Below the pieces are notes generated by a model, which had not been told where the DNA came from, made no database searches, and worked only from the letters and a program-made list of their open reading frames with translations. The translations under genes were made by a program, and so were the position numbers. 64,000 nucleotides of DNA from Minisyncoccota bacterium (lineage in GTDB: Bacteria; Patescibacteriota; Minisyncoccia; Phycocordibacterales; Phycocordibacteraceae): positions 1,726 to 65,725 of the forward strand of contig JALHQL010000004.1 in NCBI GenBank assembly GCA_022841985.1. The letters are read 5' to 3'. How positions within the stretch are numbered: position 1 is the first letter of the stretch; every line of letters starts with the position of its first letter. Below, in pieces: positions 38,231 through 49,216 of this stretch.

Positions 38231-38650
38231 ATGGCTAAGATAGTTAAGAAAATAAAGCTCCAGATTCCAGGCGGTGCCGCAACACCGGCTCCTCCTGTTG
38301 GTACCGCGCTCGGCCCTGCTGGTGTGAACATCGGTCAGTTCGTGTCTCAGTTTAATGAGGCGACGAAGGACAAGCGTGGAACAATCATCCCAGTCGAGCT
38401 CTTGGTCTTTGATGACCGTACGTTCACCTTCACGATGAAGAATCCGCCAGCATCTCGTCTCATTTTGAAGGCTGTCGGTCTTGATAAGGCAGCGCATAAG
38501 CCGGGTGAAGAGAAAGCGGGAACTATCACTCAAGCGCAGATTGCAAAGATCGTTGAGGAAAAGATTGCTGACATGAATGCGACTTCTCCAGAGGCAGCGG
38601 CTCGCACTATTGCCGGTACTGCACGTTCGATGGGAATTGAGGTAAAGTAA
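38231..38650 (+). CDS. rplK: 50S ribosomal protein L11
   Basis: ATPAPPVGTALG, GTARSMGI. Confidence 0.97.
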   Translation: MAKIVKKIKLQIPGGAATPAPPVGTALGPAGVNIGQFVSQFNEATKDKRGTIIPVELLVFDDRTFTFTMKNPPASRLILKAVGLDKAAHKPGEEKAGTITQAQIAKIVEEKIADMNATSPEAAARTIAGTARSMGIEVK

Positions 38651-38665
38651 ATTTGTACGACAGTT

Positions 38666-38701
38666 AATGAAAACGGCGCCTTTATGGGCGTCGTTTTCAT
38701 T
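38666..38701 (+). terminator. Terminator after rplK
   Basis: AATGAAAACGGCGCC-TTTATG-GGCGTCGTTTTCATT. Confidence 0.75.
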
Positions 38702-38806
38702 ATATAGAGATGATATTGCAGGGCGTCTGTTTTTTTGGTACTGTCCGGTCGGATAGATGTTCGACGCAAAAATCAACACAACCTTAACTTTTGCAAGGAG
38801 GAAGAA

Positions 38807-40204
38807 ATGAAGAGATCTGTATTGGAGTTACAACATGTGACTCGCGGACTTCCACACGGTGGATTTGTGCTTGTTTTGAATACCGGAGCTATTATTGATC
38901 CGGAAGCTGAGGCGATGTTACAAGCCCTTCATTCACGTTCAGTCGGCGGTATTCGTGCGCATCTGAAGACTCTCGCAGAAAAAGGCCCCGAGAGGTTCAT
39001 GGAAAACTTCTACGTTGGATATGGACACAAATCAATCGGGGATTGTGGTACAGGAACGATATTTATTGAGGGCGTCTCGATGCTCGTTGCCAAAGCTATA
39101 CAAGATTGGCTCTTGTATTCTGGGCAAGAGGCGTCAACTCGGTATATCGATTTCTCGACACAGAGGTTTGTCGACCCAGTCGGTCTGCCAGGTTCTACGG
39201 AAATACTCGAAGCGTGGCGAAGTTTCTATTTGTCGTCACAAGAACCAATCCGCGCACATCTTCGAGGATGTTTCCCAATAAAAACAGGGGAAGATGTGAA
39301 AGTGTATGACAAAGCGATCAACGCACGAAGCTTTGACATCTTGCGTGGATTTCTTCCGGCAGGTGCCTCCACAAATCTCGCTTGGCATACTAATCTGCGC
39401 CAGGCAGCGGATCACATACTGATGCTGCGCCAGCATCCGCTTCGTGAGGTTAAGATTGTTGCCGAGGCAATGGAAAGCGCTCTGCAAGAAACATTTCCAA
39501 GTTCATTTGGGCAAAAGCGTTACGAATCGACCGAGGAATACCATGCGTTATGGATGCGAGAAGGGTATTACTTCTCTGGCACAAAACATCATGATGTTTG
39601 TTTGCCTGGCAGGGTTGGTGCAGCGCGTAAGAAAGTAGTGTTGACGAGGGACTCAATTGATAGAAGTCTCTTGCCTGAATACGCGCACTTCCTCTTGTTG
39701 CGACCGGAAAAAACGGAATTACCAAAACAGATATCAGAATGCGGGACGATGCAATTCGAGTTTCTTATCGATTTCGGTTCATTCCGGGACATTCAGCGGC
39801 ATCGTTCTGTGATACAGCGTATGCCACTTCTTTCAAGTAGTTTCGGCATGCATTCGTGGTATCTCGAATCACTTCCGGACAAATTAAGACAGGAGGCAGA
39901 AAATCTTGTACGTCGACAACTTATAGCTATAGACACGCTCCCGCAAGACAAGTTCGTACGGCAGTACTATTTCCCCATGGGAATGTGTGTACCATGTCGT
40001 TTGACGGGTGACTTGCCGGCGCTTGTGTATGTGGTTGAACGACGCGCACAAAGAGACGTCCACCCAACGCTTCACGAGGTCGCGCTTGAGGTGGCAGACG
40101 AACTTATTACACAGTTTGGCAGCAATGGTCTTGCGTTGAGTATCGATCGTGAGAAAGGACGGTTTGATACGAAACGTGGACTTCAGGACATTGTGCAGAA
40201 ATAG
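38807..40204 (+). CDS. thyX: FAD-dependent thymidylate synthase (tandem ThyX domains)
   Basis: YGHKSIGD, QEASTRY, RGFLP, NLR in the N-half; FRDIQRHR in the C-half; AAGGAGG SD; next to dcd and tmk. Confidence 0.8.
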   Translation: MKRSVLELQHVTRGLPHGGFVLVLNTGAIIDPEAEAMLQALHSRSVGGIRAHLKTLAEKGPERFMENFYVGYGHKSIGDCGTGTIFIEGVSMLVAKAIQDWLLYSGQEASTRYIDFSTQRFVDPVGLPGSTEILEAWRSFYLSSQEPIRAHLRGCFPIKTGEDVKVYDKAINARSFDILRGFLPAGASTNLAWHTNLRQAADHILMLRQHPLREVKIVAEAMESALQETFPSSFGQKRYESTEEYHALWMREGYYFSGTKHHDVCLPGRVGAARKKVVLTRDSIDRSLLPEYAHFLLLRPEKTELPKQISECGTMQFEFLIDFGSFRDIQRHRSVIQRMPLLSSSFGMHSWYLESLPDKLRQEAENLVRRQLIAIDTLPQDKFVRQYYFPMGMCVPCRLTGDLPALVYVVERRAQRDVHPTLHEVALEVADELITQFGSNGLALSIDREKGRFDTKRGLQDIVQK

Positions 40205-40329
40205 CTCATGCATTCTAGCGACGGCCCCCGGCCGTCGCTTTTTTATAGTTGCCTTTTACTTTCAGAGCGCGTAGAGTTTCGTTGGACTGTACAACACAAC
40301 AACCAAGAAACCACAAAAAGGAGAGCATC

Positions 40330-41427
40330 ATGCCGAAATCAAAGACAGGAGTTCTTCCAAAACAAGATCTTCGAGGCTTGCTCGTGCCAGGATACATCGG
40401 GGACGTGACGGAAAAGTATTTAAACCCGGCGTCAATCGACATGCCTCTTTCAGACGAGGCCTACCGAGTCGAGGCAATCTTCCTCCCTCAGGAAAATGAG
40501 GCCGTTCGTGATCTCTTGCCGTCTCTCGGTGCTACGAAGCATAATCTCGACAATCCTCTGGAGGTTGGCGTGCCGTATCTGATTCGTGTTGTTGACAGAT
40601 GGAAACTGCCAAGCATGGTCTACGGATACGCAAATCCGAAGTCATCAACCGGCCGAATTGGATTCTTTTGTCGAACGGTGGCTGACAAAGTCAGTATGTA
40701 TGATGCAATTCCAACTCCAGGATGGAGCGGAGAGATCTGGATGCTTGTTCGTCCGGATTTTATGCCGGTCCTGGTTACACCCGGATTAGCATTGTCGCAG
40801 TTGCGGCTGTTCGATGGGAAATCCTTTCTCGATAGTTTGCACAGCGAATTGGCAATAACAAAATCCGGGCTTCTTTTTACCGAAGACGGAAGAAAATTGT
40901 CACTTTCTGAAACTCATCGGCACGATGACTCGTTCGTACTGACCATCCATGTTGGCGAAATGATGGGGTGGGAGTGCTGGGGAACTCGAAAAGTTCTCGA
41001 TATGAATAAAAAGCACTTCTATACTCCGGAGGATTTTTTCACGCCACTTCAGGTATCAAATGGTAAGTTCACGCTAAGAAAGAGCTGTTTCTATGTTCTC
41101 ACGACCAAAGAACGGATCATGGTACCGCCGTATCTCTCGGCGGAACTGCGCGCAATCGAACCGAGGTTTGGCGAGTTTCGGTCACATGCGGCCGGTTACA
41201 TCGATCCTGGCTGGGGGTACGGCGTGAACGGCGAAGCATGCGGACGTCCAATCACCCTTGAGGTGACGACACAGGAAGACATGCTCATACGAGACGGGCA
41301 AACTATTGCCCGAATCCGTTATGAGCATATGAAGGATATTCCTGAAACTGCGTACGACCAAGCAGCGTCGCACTATACGGAGCAGCGAACAGCGCAACTC
41401 TCGAAACACTTCAAGGTAGTTGGGTAA
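40330..41427 (+). CDS. dcd: dCTP deaminase (long, two-domain type)
   Basis: NPASID, ANPKSSTGR, GEFRSHAAGYIDPGWG, LEV. Confidence 0.85.
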   Translation: MPKSKTGVLPKQDLRGLLVPGYIGDVTEKYLNPASIDMPLSDEAYRVEAIFLPQENEAVRDLLPSLGATKHNLDNPLEVGVPYLIRVVDRWKLPSMVYGYANPKSSTGRIGFFCRTVADKVSMYDAIPTPGWSGEIWMLVRPDFMPVLVTPGLALSQLRLFDGKSFLDSLHSELAITKSGLLFTEDGRKLSLSETHRHDDSFVLTIHVGEMMGWECWGTRKVLDMNKKHFYTPEDFFTPLQVSNGKFTLRKSCFYVLTTKERIMVPPYLSAELRAIEPRFGEFRSHAAGYIDPGWGYGVNGEACGRPITLEVTTQEDMLIRDGQTIARIRYEHMKDIPETAYDQAASHYTEQRTAQLSKHFKVVG

Positions 41428-41541
41428 TTTTGGTTTTTGGGCCCGCGACGATTCTCATCGTCGCGGGCTTCTCTTTTTATAATTTTATGTAAGGATGTAC
41501 CCGGACTTGTTCATAAAATAAAACTAAGGAGGGCTGTCATT

Positions 41542-42186
41542 ATGATGCAAGGACAGTACATTGTATTTGATGGCATGGATGGCTCGGGAAAAGGTACGCA
41601 GATTGAGTTCTTGCAAAAGAAATTCATCGGCACAGTGGTTTTCACTCGTGAACCAGGCGGCACACCATTTGCCGAAGAAATACGGAAAATCGTCCGCGAC
41701 AATCCTCTCGCTGGAAAATCGACCCCACTCAATAACTTCCTGCTATTCTGGGCGGCTCGTGAAGAGTTGTTGCACAACCTTATCGTCCCAACACGTAAGT
41801 CTGGCAAGCATGTATTTTCAGATCGAGGCGATTCATCAACATTTGCATATCAAATTTATGGTGAAGCGAACAATGGGTTGATCACTCCATTTTTCGAAAT
41901 GAGAAAACTCGTTTTCGAAAAGGCTGGACGTCAACCACCACATCTCTATATTGTGTTCGACTTACCAGCGGAAGTCGCACACAGTCGTGTCATGGCTGCC
42001 GGCGGTAGTAAAAGAAATCACTTCGACACTCGAAAGCTCGACTACTATGAACGGGTGCGTTGCGGGTTTCGTAATTTTAGTGCCCATATTCAAAACGTTG
42101 TTCTCGTGAATGCGGAAGGATCGCCAGAAGCGGTTCACGAGTCTGTTCTCAATGTTCTTGCTGAGAGAGGCATTCTCCCCAAATGA
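41542..42186 (+). CDS. tmk: Thymidylate kinase
   Basis: DGMDGSGKGTQ, REPGGT, DR...S..AYQ. Confidence 0.93.
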   Translation: MMQGQYIVFDGMDGSGKGTQIEFLQKKFIGTVVFTREPGGTPFAEEIRKIVRDNPLAGKSTPLNNFLLFWAAREELLHNLIVPTRKSGKHVFSDRGDSSTFAYQIYGEANNGLITPFFEMRKLVFEKAGRQPPHLYIVFDLPAEVAHSRVMAAGGSKRNHFDTRKLDYYERVRCGFRNFSAHIQNVVLVNAEGSPEAVHESVLNVLAERGILPK

Positions 42187-42256
42187 GTGATTCCAACACA
42201 AAATACCGACGCACTTGTAGTGCGTCGGTTCTGTTTTCAGTGATACAATCACGCAC

Positions 42257-43522
42257 GTGAATTCCTACCATCATATAGAAAAGGAGGATCCCGAGCTTTT
42301 CACTGCGCTCGACGGGGAAGAGAATCGGCAGGCGGAGGGCCTGGAGCTTATTCCCTCTGAGAATTATGTGTCGCGAGCTGTAAAGGAAGCAATGGCGTCC
42401 TCGCTTACGAATAAGTATGCGGAAGGGTATCCCGGGAAGCGTTACTACGGGGGACAGGAATTTACTGATGCGGTCGAAACACTCGCCATCGAACGCGCGA
42501 AAAAACTATTTGGTGCGGCATATGCGAACGTGCAACCGCTCGGCGGTGCGAACGCGAATATCGCCATGTATATGGCACTTCTTGAACCGGGGGACACGGT
42601 GCTCGGCATGGATCTCTCGCATGGCGGGCATCTGACTCATGGTCACCCAGTAACTTACCTCACCAAGATTTTCAATTTTGTACGGTACGGAATGAAAGAT
42701 GTTGAAACGGGAGAGATAGATTATGACGACATGTGTCGCGTCGCAAAAGAGGTGAGGCCAAAAATAATCCTCGCAGGGTTCTCAGCGTATCCGCGTGAGC
42801 TTGAGTATGTGAAATTCATCGAGATTGCTCGCGAAGTTGGTGCGCTTGCGGTGATGGACATTGCGCACATTGCCGGACTTATTGCGGGAAAGGTGGCCAA
42901 GAATCCGTTCGACTATGGATTTGATGTCATGACCACCACGACGCACAAGACGCTGCGCGGTCCGCGCGGCGGCATGATTCTCACCAGAGAGTCTGAAGAT
43001 ATTGCGAAAAAAATAGATAAAGCAGTCTTCCCGGGATTTCAGGGCGGCCCGCACATGCATCAAATAGCGGCAAAGGCAGTTTCATTCCATGAAGCGCTTC
43101 ACCCCTCATTCGCACTTTATGCAAAACAGATCATCGCAAATACGCACGCGATGGAAAAAGTATTTAAGGCACATGCTATACGCATGATCACGGGCGGCTC
43201 TGACAATCACTTGCTCCTACTCGATGCGTGGAAGTCATTTGGCATTTCTGGTGGGGAAGCAGAGTCTCTCTTGGATCGTGCAGGCATCACACTCAACAAA
43301 AATACGATTGCAGATGATACACGCAAACCGATGGATCCTTCGGGCATTCGTTTGGGTACTCCTGCGATAACGACGCGCGGTCTTCGCGAACCCGAATCAG
43401 CACGGGTGGCCTCGCTCATGGTCGAGATTCTCACAAAACGCGATGATATTACTGTCGAGCACGTAAAAAAAGAGGTGCGGAATCTCGCACTCGCGCACCC
43501 TATTCCAGAATCATTTATATAA
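42257..43522 (+). CDS. glyA: Serine hydroxymethyltransferase
   Basis: LIPSEN, KYAEGYPGKRYYGG, GGHLTHG, TTTTHKTLRGPRGG. Confidence 0.97.
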   Translation: MNSYHHIEKEDPELFTALDGEENRQAEGLELIPSENYVSRAVKEAMASSLTNKYAEGYPGKRYYGGQEFTDAVETLAIERAKKLFGAAYANVQPLGGANANIAMYMALLEPGDTVLGMDLSHGGHLTHGHPVTYLTKIFNFVRYGMKDVETGEIDYDDMCRVAKEVRPKIILAGFSAYPRELEYVKFIEIAREVGALAVMDIAHIAGLIAGKVAKNPFDYGFDVMTTTTHKTLRGPRGGMILTRESEDIAKKIDKAVFPGFQGGPHMHQIAAKAVSFHEALHPSFALYAKQIIANTHAMEKVFKAHAIRMITGGSDNHLLLLDAWKSFGISGGEAESLLDRAGITLNKNTIADDTRKPMDPSGIRLGTPAITTRGLREPESARVASLMVEILTKRDDITVEHVKKEVRNLALAHPIPESFI

Positions 43523-43543
43523 ATTTTCTGGTACACTCGCCGC

Positions 43544-45196
43544 ATGGAGCAGCAGATCAGAAAAGCTGTCAGCGAGGCGCTTAAGACTTTGAATGCCGGC
43601 GAAGTTCCGTTTTCGGTTGAAAGACCGACTGATCTCGTGCATGGCGATTACATGACAAACGCTGCGCTTGTGGCAGCAAAGGTTATTGGTAAAAACCCTC
43701 ATGACGTTGCTGAGCAAATTGCCGATTCTCTTACGAAGTCTCTTGGTGGATCTGTGGGTCGGATTGAAGTAGCCGGTCCTGGTTTTGTAAATATTGCTCT
43801 TTCAATAGAAGCTATTGCGCTTGCTGTTAGAGAAGCTGGGGCGCAGGGTGCGGAATGGGGAAAAGGGTCTGGAGATGTAGGACAGCGAGTAGTTATTGAA
43901 TACACCGACCCGAATCCGTTTAAGGAAATGCATATTGGGCACCTCATGAGCAATGTTGTGGGGGAGTCACTCGCGCGGCTCATTGGTAATGAAGGAGCGA
44001 CAGTTATTCGTGCTAATTATCAGGGCGACGTTGGTCCCCATGTAGCTAAGGCTATATGGGGCTTGCAGAAGGCAGGCATTACCGAACCAGTGACCGCAAA
44101 AGAGATTGGAGAGGCATACGCAGAAGGTTCTCGTGCATACGAAGAGTCTCCAGAAGCGAAAGCCGAAATCGATGTATTGAACCAGGCAATCTACATGGGC
44201 AATGATAAGAACGTCATGGAATTTTGGCGAAAGGGCCGCGACATATCGCTTGCGGCTTTCGAGCGACTCTACAAAATTCTCGGAACACATTTCGATTATT
44301 ATTTTTTTGAAAGTGAGACCGCCGAATCCGGAACTCGCATAGTGAAGGATGGTCTCGAAAAGGGAATTTTTGAGGAAAGCGAAGGCGCGGTGATTTACCC
44401 GGGCGAGAAGAAAGGTCTCCACACGCTCGTATTTATTACGAGCAGAGGCACACCGACGTACGAGGCGAAAGATATTGGACTCGCATTTCTAAAAGAGGAA
44501 CGTATTCAAAGCGATCGTTCGATTATCGTGACGGCTGCCGAGCAGATAGGTCATTTCAAAATAGTATTTGCTGCTCTTGAAGATATTGCTCCTACGATTG
44601 CACAGAAAACTACACACGTGCCGCACGGGTTCCTGCGTCTTTCGACAGGGAAGATGTCCTCGCGGGCCGGAAATGTGATTACCGCAGAAGGACTTATTCG
44701 GGAGGTTGTTAGAAAAGCGAGTGAGAAAAACGAAGATCCGCTCATTGCGGAGCAGGTTGCGCTCGGGGCGATCAAGTACATGATTCTGCGTCAAGCTCCT
44801 GGATCAGATATTATCTTCGACGAAGAGAAATCACTTTCGCTTGAAGGTGACTCCGGGCCGTATCTGCAGTACGCACTTGTGCGTGCGCGGTCGGTATTGG
44901 CAGCAGCAGAGAAGGGTAGAACGCCCGTTGGTGGCGCTTCCGCGGCTCCGTATGTACTGGAGAGAATTATTTTGCATTTCCCAGAGGTCGCCGCTCGTGC
45001 TGCGCGCGAGCTCTCTCCAAATCTTCTTGCAAGTTATCTTACCGAGCTTGCAGGAGAGTGGAATTCTTTCTACGCGCAGGAGCGCATTATTGGCGGCGAT
45101 TACGAAGCGCACAAACTCATGCTTGCACGAGCGTTTATAAATACTATGAAGAACGGTCTTACTGTTCTCGGTATTCCCACGCCGGAAAGGATGTGA
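43544..45196 (+). CDS. argS: Arginine-tRNA ligase
   Basis: HGDY, GPGFVN, MHIGH, KMSSR, GPYLQYA, PERM. Confidence 0.96.
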   Translation: MEQQIRKAVSEALKTLNAGEVPFSVERPTDLVHGDYMTNAALVAAKVIGKNPHDVAEQIADSLTKSLGGSVGRIEVAGPGFVNIALSIEAIALAVREAGAQGAEWGKGSGDVGQRVVIEYTDPNPFKEMHIGHLMSNVVGESLARLIGNEGATVIRANYQGDVGPHVAKAIWGLQKAGITEPVTAKEIGEAYAEGSRAYEESPEAKAEIDVLNQAIYMGNDKNVMEFWRKGRDISLAAFERLYKILGTHFDYYFFESETAESGTRIVKDGLEKGIFEESEGAVIYPGEKKGLHTLVFITSRGTPTYEAKDIGLAFLKEERIQSDRSIIVTAAEQIGHFKIVFAALEDIAPTIAQKTTHVPHGFLRLSTGKMSSRAGNVITAEGLIREVVRKASEKNEDPLIAEQVALGAIKYMILRQAPGSDIIFDEEKSLSLEGDSGPYLQYALVRARSVLAAAEKGRTPVGGASAAPYVLERIILHFPEVAARAARELSPNLLASYLTELAGEWNSFYAQERIIGGDYEAHKLMLARAFINTMKNGLTVLGIPTPERM

Positions 45197-45325
45197 TTGA
45201 GCACAATCACCTACTGGGTGAAAAGTTGACAGTTGCGAGTAGATGTATCGCGTGTTAAAATTTTTTGCGGACTGCTCAGATCAGATGCACAATTCCGTGC
45301 ATCTTGAAATGTGGGGAGGTTAAGC

Positions 45326-45781
45326 ATGGCGAAAGTGTCACTGCGAACAAGGAGAATTCCTCGTAAAAAGAAGCCGGTGCCGCAGGTATCTTCAAATGGT
45401 CACCTGCATGGGAAGCCGAATGGCCAAGGAACTGCACAGCGTGTGGGAGAGGCTATAAGGCTTGGCGGCTGCTCCTCGGTAAGAGAATTCTTTCGTGTAG
45501 CAAGATGCACATTTCCAGATCATGCTCCGGAACAATGCGTCACAACAGACGATCAGCGAAGTTGGATGGAAAGGGAGCTAAGTTGGTTTGAATCTCTGGG
45601 GAGTGGGAATCCCGTTCCAAGAGGTTACAAGATTCCGGAATGTGTTCGTCTTCTTGCCGATAGGGTGCTCGAAAGCAAGAGTCGGAGAAAGTGCTTTGGG
45701 GAGTTGAGTCTTTTGAACGAAAGAAGGCTTATGCGGGCGTCATTTTCGTCAGGTCCTGCTGAGGCAGTACAGACCTCCTAG
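45326..45781 (+). CDS. Hypothetical protein
   Basis: GGAGGT SD before ATG 45326; hairpin downstream. Confidence 0.5.
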   Translation: MAKVSLRTRRIPRKKKPVPQVSSNGHLHGKPNGQGTAQRVGEAIRLGGCSSVREFFRVARCTFPDHAPEQCVTTDDQRSWMERELSWFESLGSGNPVPRGYKIPECVRLLADRVLESKSRRKCFGELSLLNERRLMRASFSSGPAEAVQTS

Positions 45782-45856
45782 TGCGATTGCGGCTGCAGGA
45801 ATAAATCCCTGCAGCCGTTTCCATTTTTACCTTGTAAACGATACTATAAGGAAATT

Positions 45857-48800
45857 ATGGGAGTTCCGGAAAAGTCAGAGGCGACAAAACGGGAGGAGTC
45901 CATCCTCGCGTTTTGGGAGCGCGACCGCATTTTCGAAAAAACGCTGCAGAAGAAATCACCGAAGGGCGACTTTGTTTTTTATGAGGGGCCGCCAACGGCC
46001 AATGGAAAGCCGGGTATTCATCATCTTGAAAGTCGTGCTTTTAAAGACGCTATTCCACGCTATAAGACGATGCGCGGCTATCGTGTGAATCGTCGCGCTG
46101 GTTGGGATACTCACGGGCTTCCTGTAGAACTTCAAATCGAGAAAGAATTAGGTTTTTCTGGCAAGAAAGACATCGAGCAGTACGGCATCGCCGCGTTTAA
46201 CAAGAAGTGTCGAGAGAGTGTCTTTACCTACATCGATCTTTGGGAGAAGTTTACCAAACGCATCGGCTACTGGGTCGATGAGAGCAAAGCTTACTTTACG
46301 TTTGATAGCGCATATATGGAGGTGGTGTGGCATCTCTTTGCTCAGACAGCAAAGGACGGACGACTGTATAAAGATTATAGAATTGTGCCGTGGTGTCCGC
46401 GCTGTGGGACGGCGCTTTCTTCCCACGAACTTGCTCAGGGCTATGCGGATGTAAAGGATCTAACTATTATCGCTAGGTTTGAATTGGCAGATGAGCCAGG
46501 GACGTATCTGCTTGCGTGGACGACAACCCCATGGACTCTTCCAGGGAATGTCGCGCTTGCGGTTAATTCGGACTTGACATACGCGAAATATACGTGGGAG
46601 GGAGAATCTTTTATCATGGCAAAAGATCTTGCACATAAATACCCAGGACAGTTAGTTGAGGAGTTTTTGGGAAAAAATCTTGTCGGGAAGAGATATAAAC
46701 CCTTGTATACTTTTGCAAAAGATCTTGCAGCTGCAAGTGAGATGTCAAAATTTGAGAAGGCGTTTCAAGTGTATGCGGCAGATTTTGTAACAACCGAAGA
46801 CGGCACGGGGATCGTACATATCGCGCCGATGTATGGACAGGACGATTTTGAACTCGGAAATAAAAACGGATTGCCGAAAGTGCACCTTGTTTCTCCGGAA
46901 GGGAAATTTGTTACGGGCACCGGCCCTTTAGAAGGAATGATGGTTACCGAAGAGGGGACGTCGGTCGAAATATTAAAAGATCTCCAGGTGCGAAGTCTAG
47001 TATTCAAAAAAGAGTCATACGCACACACGTATCCGTTTTGCTGGCGCTGCAAGACACGGCTCATCTATTACGCACGTGACTCGTGGTATATCCGCATGCA
47101 GGATTTGCGGGCAAAGCTCGTAGCTGAGAATAAAAAGATTCATTGGGAACCGGAATATATACGCGAAGGTCGCATGGGTGAGTGGCTTTCAAATGCAAAA
47201 GATTGGGCGATAAGTCGAGAGCGGTATTGGGGTACGCCGCTTCCGGTGTGGCGCAGTGCAGAGGGAAACGAACAGCTTGTTATTGGTTCGGTTGATGAGT
47301 TGAAAAAATATACGAAGAAATCCGGTAATACGTATTTCGTCATGCGGCATGGCGAAGCTGAGAATAATGTGAAGAGGGTCGTAAGTTCAGACCCTTCTGT
47401 CAGCAAGTTAACAGAGATGGGGAGAGGTCAGGTCTATGCATCCGCCGCCTCCCTTAAGAGAACTGGTATCGATGTGATATTTGCGTCTCCATTTCTTCGC
47501 ACGAAGGAAACTGCAGAAATTGTCGCCGCTGAACTTGGTGTTGATAAGACATCAATTGTTTTTGATGAGCGTTTGCGTGAGCTTGGTTTCGGTCAGCTTT
47601 CCGGGAAATCGTACGATGAATTTCTTGCCTATCGTGTAAAGCATAACCCAGGTCCTGCGGAGCCTATGATGGATGGAGAAAGTTATGAAGATGTGAAGCG
47701 TCGTTTCGGGGAGTTCATTTACGAGATAGAAAAGTCAGAAAAAAATAAGCGCATTCTTATTGTGACCCACACCGTGGGTATCGAGGCTCTTACGGCGGTT
47801 GCGCAAGGCGGGGATGCGGATGTTTTTTTAGAGATTGGAAGAACTTCTCATTTCAAAATGGGCGGTGTCCATGATTTGAATTTCGTTTCATTGCCGCACA
47901 ATGAGGAGTATGAGCTCGATCTGCACAGGCCGTATATCGATGATGTGGTGCTCGTATCCGAGAAGGGGACTGAGTTACGACGGGTTTCTGAGGTTATGGA
48001 TGTTTGGTTTGACTCCGGAGCAATGCCGTTTGCACAGGCGGCAAAGGATCGAAAGAATGAGTCGCTTGAAACGTTCTTAAAGAAAATTGAGTACCCCGCT
48101 GACTTCATTAGTGAAGCTATTGATCAAACTCGTGGGTGGTTCTATACACTTCTTGCTGTGGGAACTCTTTCAGGACGAGGCGCCGCTTTCAAGAATGTTA
48201 TTTCCCTCGGGCACTTGCTCGACGCTGCTGGACAGAAGATGAGCAAGTCGAAGGGTAATGTAGTTGATCCATGGGTAGAGATGGAGAGGTGGGGCGCTGA
48301 TACGATTCGTTTTTGGATGTACAGCGTTACTCAGCCAGGCGATTCGAAAAATTACGATGAGAAGACGGTAAAGGAGTCTGCAAAGGTTCTTTCATGGGTC
48401 GAGAACAGTGCAAAGTTTTTTGAGCTCTTCAAAGAGGTGTCCAAAAAACAAAGCCCAGTGTCTGTTATGGATCAGTGGATGATAGTGCGCACAAATCAAA
48501 CGATTTCAGTCGTTACGAAATCTATGGATGCATACCAGCCATTTGAAGCTACGCGAGCGATAGCGAACTTAGCGGAAGATCTTTCTCAGTGGTACGTACG
48601 GCGTGTTCGTGACCGTGTGCGTGAGGGTGATAGTGCTGCAATTGCGACCCTCCAGGGCGTACTTCGTAATTTGGCTCTCATGCTTGCGCCTTTTGCTCCT
48701 TTTTTGGCGGAAGATATTTTTGCAAGGGTTAAAGAAGAGGGTGATCCTGTCAGTGTGCATCTTGCTCACTGGCCTCGAGGATCCGAGACATTTTGGCAGA

Positions 48801-49216
48801 AATTATTTGCCCAGGGGAGGAAAGGGGTTTTGCTTGAGGATATGGCGCGAGTGCGTTCTCTTGCATCAGAAGCGCTTCAAATGCGTCAAAAGTCGGGTAT
48901 TAAAGTGCGCCAGCCCCTCGCGACTCTCACGGTTCCAGACGCTCTTTCGCCAGAGCTTGCACACATTCTTGCTGAAGAGGTGAATGTAAAAGAAGTTGTT
49001 GTGGGTACAGAGCTTGTACTCGATACGAATCTCACGCCGGAGCTTATTAAGGAGGGTGACGAGCGAGATTTTGCGCGCGCAGTCGCCGAGGCACGCAAGG
49101 CAGAAGGATTTTCTCCGAAAGATAAGGCGCGTGCGGAAATGACTATAGAAGGGAAACATTCCGTCACACTCTCAACTGGGGTGACTCGGTTCAATCTCAT
49201 TCGCGATGCGACATAA
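45857..49216 (+). CDS. ileS: Isoleucine-tRNA ligase (type 2) with inserted histidine phosphatase domain
   Basis: [51 protein letters not shown]; RHGE domain inside. Confidence 0.95.
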   Translation: MGVPEKSEATKREESILAFWERDRIFEKTLQKKSPKGDFVFYEGPPTANGKPGIHHLESRAFKDAIPRYKTMRGYRVNRRAGWDTHGLPVELQIEKELGFSGKKDIEQYGIAAFNKKCRESVFTYIDLWEKFTKRIGYWVDESKAYFTFDSAYMEVVWHLFAQTAKDGRLYKDYRIVPWCPRCGTALSSHELAQGYADVKDLTIIARFELADEPGTYLLAWTTTPWTLPGNVALAVNSDLTYAKYTWEGESFIMAKDLAHKYPGQLVEEFLGKNLVGKRYKPLYTFAKDLAAASEMSKFEKAFQVYAADFVTTEDGTGIVHIAPMYGQDDFELGNKNGLPKVHLVSPEGKFVTGTGPLEGMMVTEEGTSVEILKDLQVRSLVFKKESYAHTYPFCWRCKTRLIYYARDSWYIRMQDLRAKLVAENKKIHWEPEYIREGRMGEWLSNAKDWAISRERYWGTPLPVWRSAEGNEQLVIGSVDELKKYTKKSGNTYFVMRHGEAENNVKRVVSSDPSVSKLTEMGRGQVYASAASLKRTGIDVIFASPFLRTKETAEIVAAELGVDKTSIVFDERLRELGFGQLSGKSYDEFLAYRVKHNPGPAEPMMDGESYEDVKRRFGEFIYEIEKSEKNKRILIVTHTVGIEALTAVAQGGDADVFLEIGRTSHFKMGGVHDLNFVSLPHNEEYELDLHRPYIDDVVLVSEKGTELRRVSEVMDVWFDSGAMPFAQAAKDRKNESLETFLKKIEYPADFISEAIDQTRGWFYTLLAVGTLSGRGAAFKNVISLGHLLDAAGQKMSKSKGNVVDPWVEMERWGADTIRFWMYSVTQPGDSKNYDEKTVKESAKVLSWVENSAKFFELFKEVSKKQSPVSVMDQWMIVRTNQTISVVTKSMDAYQPFEATRAIANLAEDLSQWYVRRVRDRVREGDSAAIATLQGVLRNLALMLAPFAPFLAEDIFARVKEEGDPVSVHLAHWPRGSETFWQKLFAQGRKGVLLEDMARVRSLASEALQMRQKSGIKVRQPLATLTVPDALSPELAHILAEEVNVKEVVVGTELVLDTNLTPELIKEGDERDFARAVAEARKAEGFSPKDKARAEMTIEGKHSVTLSTGVTRFNLIRDAT

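Noticed and set aside
47320-47915. Intein in IleRS
   Set aside because: No Cys/Ser start or His-Asn end motifs; the insert has histidine phosphatase motifs
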